A program made the translations under genes and the position numbers. The notes under the pieces are model-generated. The model was given only the letters and a program-made list of their open reading frames with translations, did no database searches and was not told the DNA's origin. This document shows positions 62,700 through 64,000 of a stretch of DNA of 64,000 bases, in pieces (the first letter of the stretch is position 1; the number at the start of each line of letters is the position of its first letter). Origin of the DNA: Isurus oxyrinchus. Taxonomy: Eukaryota. The stretch covers positions 25,234,001-25,298,000 of the forward strand of contig JANJGN010000026.1 in assembly GCA_026770705.1 (NCBI GenBank). Reading direction: 5' to 3'.

Positions 62700-64000
62700 C
62701 CACTTTTACTGCTGATAGAACGAAAATGCTGGAATCTATTATTGAGGAATCTATCACAGGTCACTTAGAAAATCCAAATGCAAATGTGGATCCATCATGG
62801 TTTTGTGAAAGGGGAATCATGTTTGGCTGACTTATTCGAGGCCTATAGAGGAAGCAGCAAGGAACATGAATAAAGGAGAACCTGTGGATGTGCTGTACTT
62901 GGGCTCCCAGAAGGCATTTGACAAAGTGACACATCAAAGGTTATTACACAAAATAATGGTGTCGGCTGTAATATTTCAGCATGGGTAGAAGCTTGGTTAG
63001 CTAACAGGAAACAGAGAGTTGGGATAAATTGTTTATTTTAGGTTGGCAAGATGTGACTAGTGGAGTGCCACAGGAATCAATGCTGTGGCATCAACTATTT
63101 ACAATTTATATCAATGACTTGAATGAAAGGACTGAATGAATTTGCTAAATTTGCTGAGAACACAAAGATAGATAGGAATGTAAGTGGTGAAGAGGGGATA
63201 AAGGTCAGCAAAGGGACATAGATAGGTTAAGTGAGTGGACAAAAAATGTGGAAAAATAAAACTTGTCCACTTTGGTAGGAAGAATACAAAAGGAGCATAT
63301 TATTGAAAAGGAGAGAGATTGCAGAACCCTGAGGTACAGAGACTTGTGGATCCCTTTGTGCATGAATCACAAAAAGTTATAACGCAGGAACAGCAAGTGA
63401 TGAGGAAGGCAAAGGCAATCTTGTCATTTATTACAAGGGGAATAGAATATAAAAATAAGGATTTTTTGCTACAGTTTAACAGGGCGTTGATGAGACCTCG
63501 TCTGAATCACTGTGTGCAGATTTGGTCTTTTAAAGAAAGGATAAAAAAGCTTTAGAAGCTGTTCAGAGAATGTTTATTTAAATGATACTGAGAGGTGTTG
63601 TCGGTTATCTCATGAGGAAAGTTTGGATAGGCTGGGCCTGTATCCATTGGAGTTTAGAAGAATGAGAGCTGATTTTATTGAAACATATAAGATCCTGAGG
63701 GGAATTGACAGGGTGGATGCTGAAAGGATGTTTCCCCTTGTGAGAGAGACTAACGGTAGGGAACACAGTTTAAAAATAAGAGATGTCCCATTTCTGCTGG
63801 AAATGAGGAGATTTTATTTTTCTCTCAAAGGGTTGTGAAACTTTGGAACTCTCTTTCCCAAAGAGAGATAGAATCATTAATATTTCAAGGCAGAGGTAGA
63901 GAGATTCTTCATTGACAAGGGAGTTAAAGGTTAGCCGAGAGTAGGCGGGAATGTAAAGTTAATGCCACAATCAGATCAGCTTTGATCGTATTGAATGGTG
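62700..64000 (+). mobile_element. CR1 LINE RT and 3' fragment
   Basis: QKAFDKVTH, GVPQES, IYINDL, RLGLYPLEFRRMRADFIETYKILRG motifs. Confidence 0.85.

Noticed and set aside
54660-64000. C-mu exons of the IgH cluster
   Set aside because: No C1-set exon recognised; they may lie beyond the window or be deleted.

Overview
Eukaryotic DNA, almost certainly from a cartilaginous fish (shark-type IgM V-D-D-J cluster, DeuSINE-like SINEs, Penelope and CR1/L2 repeats). Bases ~2.7-37.6 kb hold an array of about 15 T-cell-receptor alpha/delta-type V segments in both orientations, most followed by a 23-spacer RSS. Only one (20399-20731, minus strand) looks fully intact, and it belongs to a family whose leader and V share one exon. 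The rest are pseudogenes (stops, frameshifts, dead splice sites or RSSs, an internal inversion, an FR3 deletion). A ~3.3-3.6 kb block is duplicated in inverted orientation (11455-14742 vs 31598-35176); one copy carries a U6 snRNA-tRNA chimeric insertion absent from the other. After a LINE-rich spacer (38.5-49.6 kb) lies an IgM-type heavy-chain cluster (52907-54657): the VH is disabled, but D1, D2 and JH keep largely canonical RSSs. I could not recognise any intact constant exon or TCR D/J in the window. There is a 176-N assembly gap at 30945-31120. Everything was read by eye; repeat boundaries are approximate.
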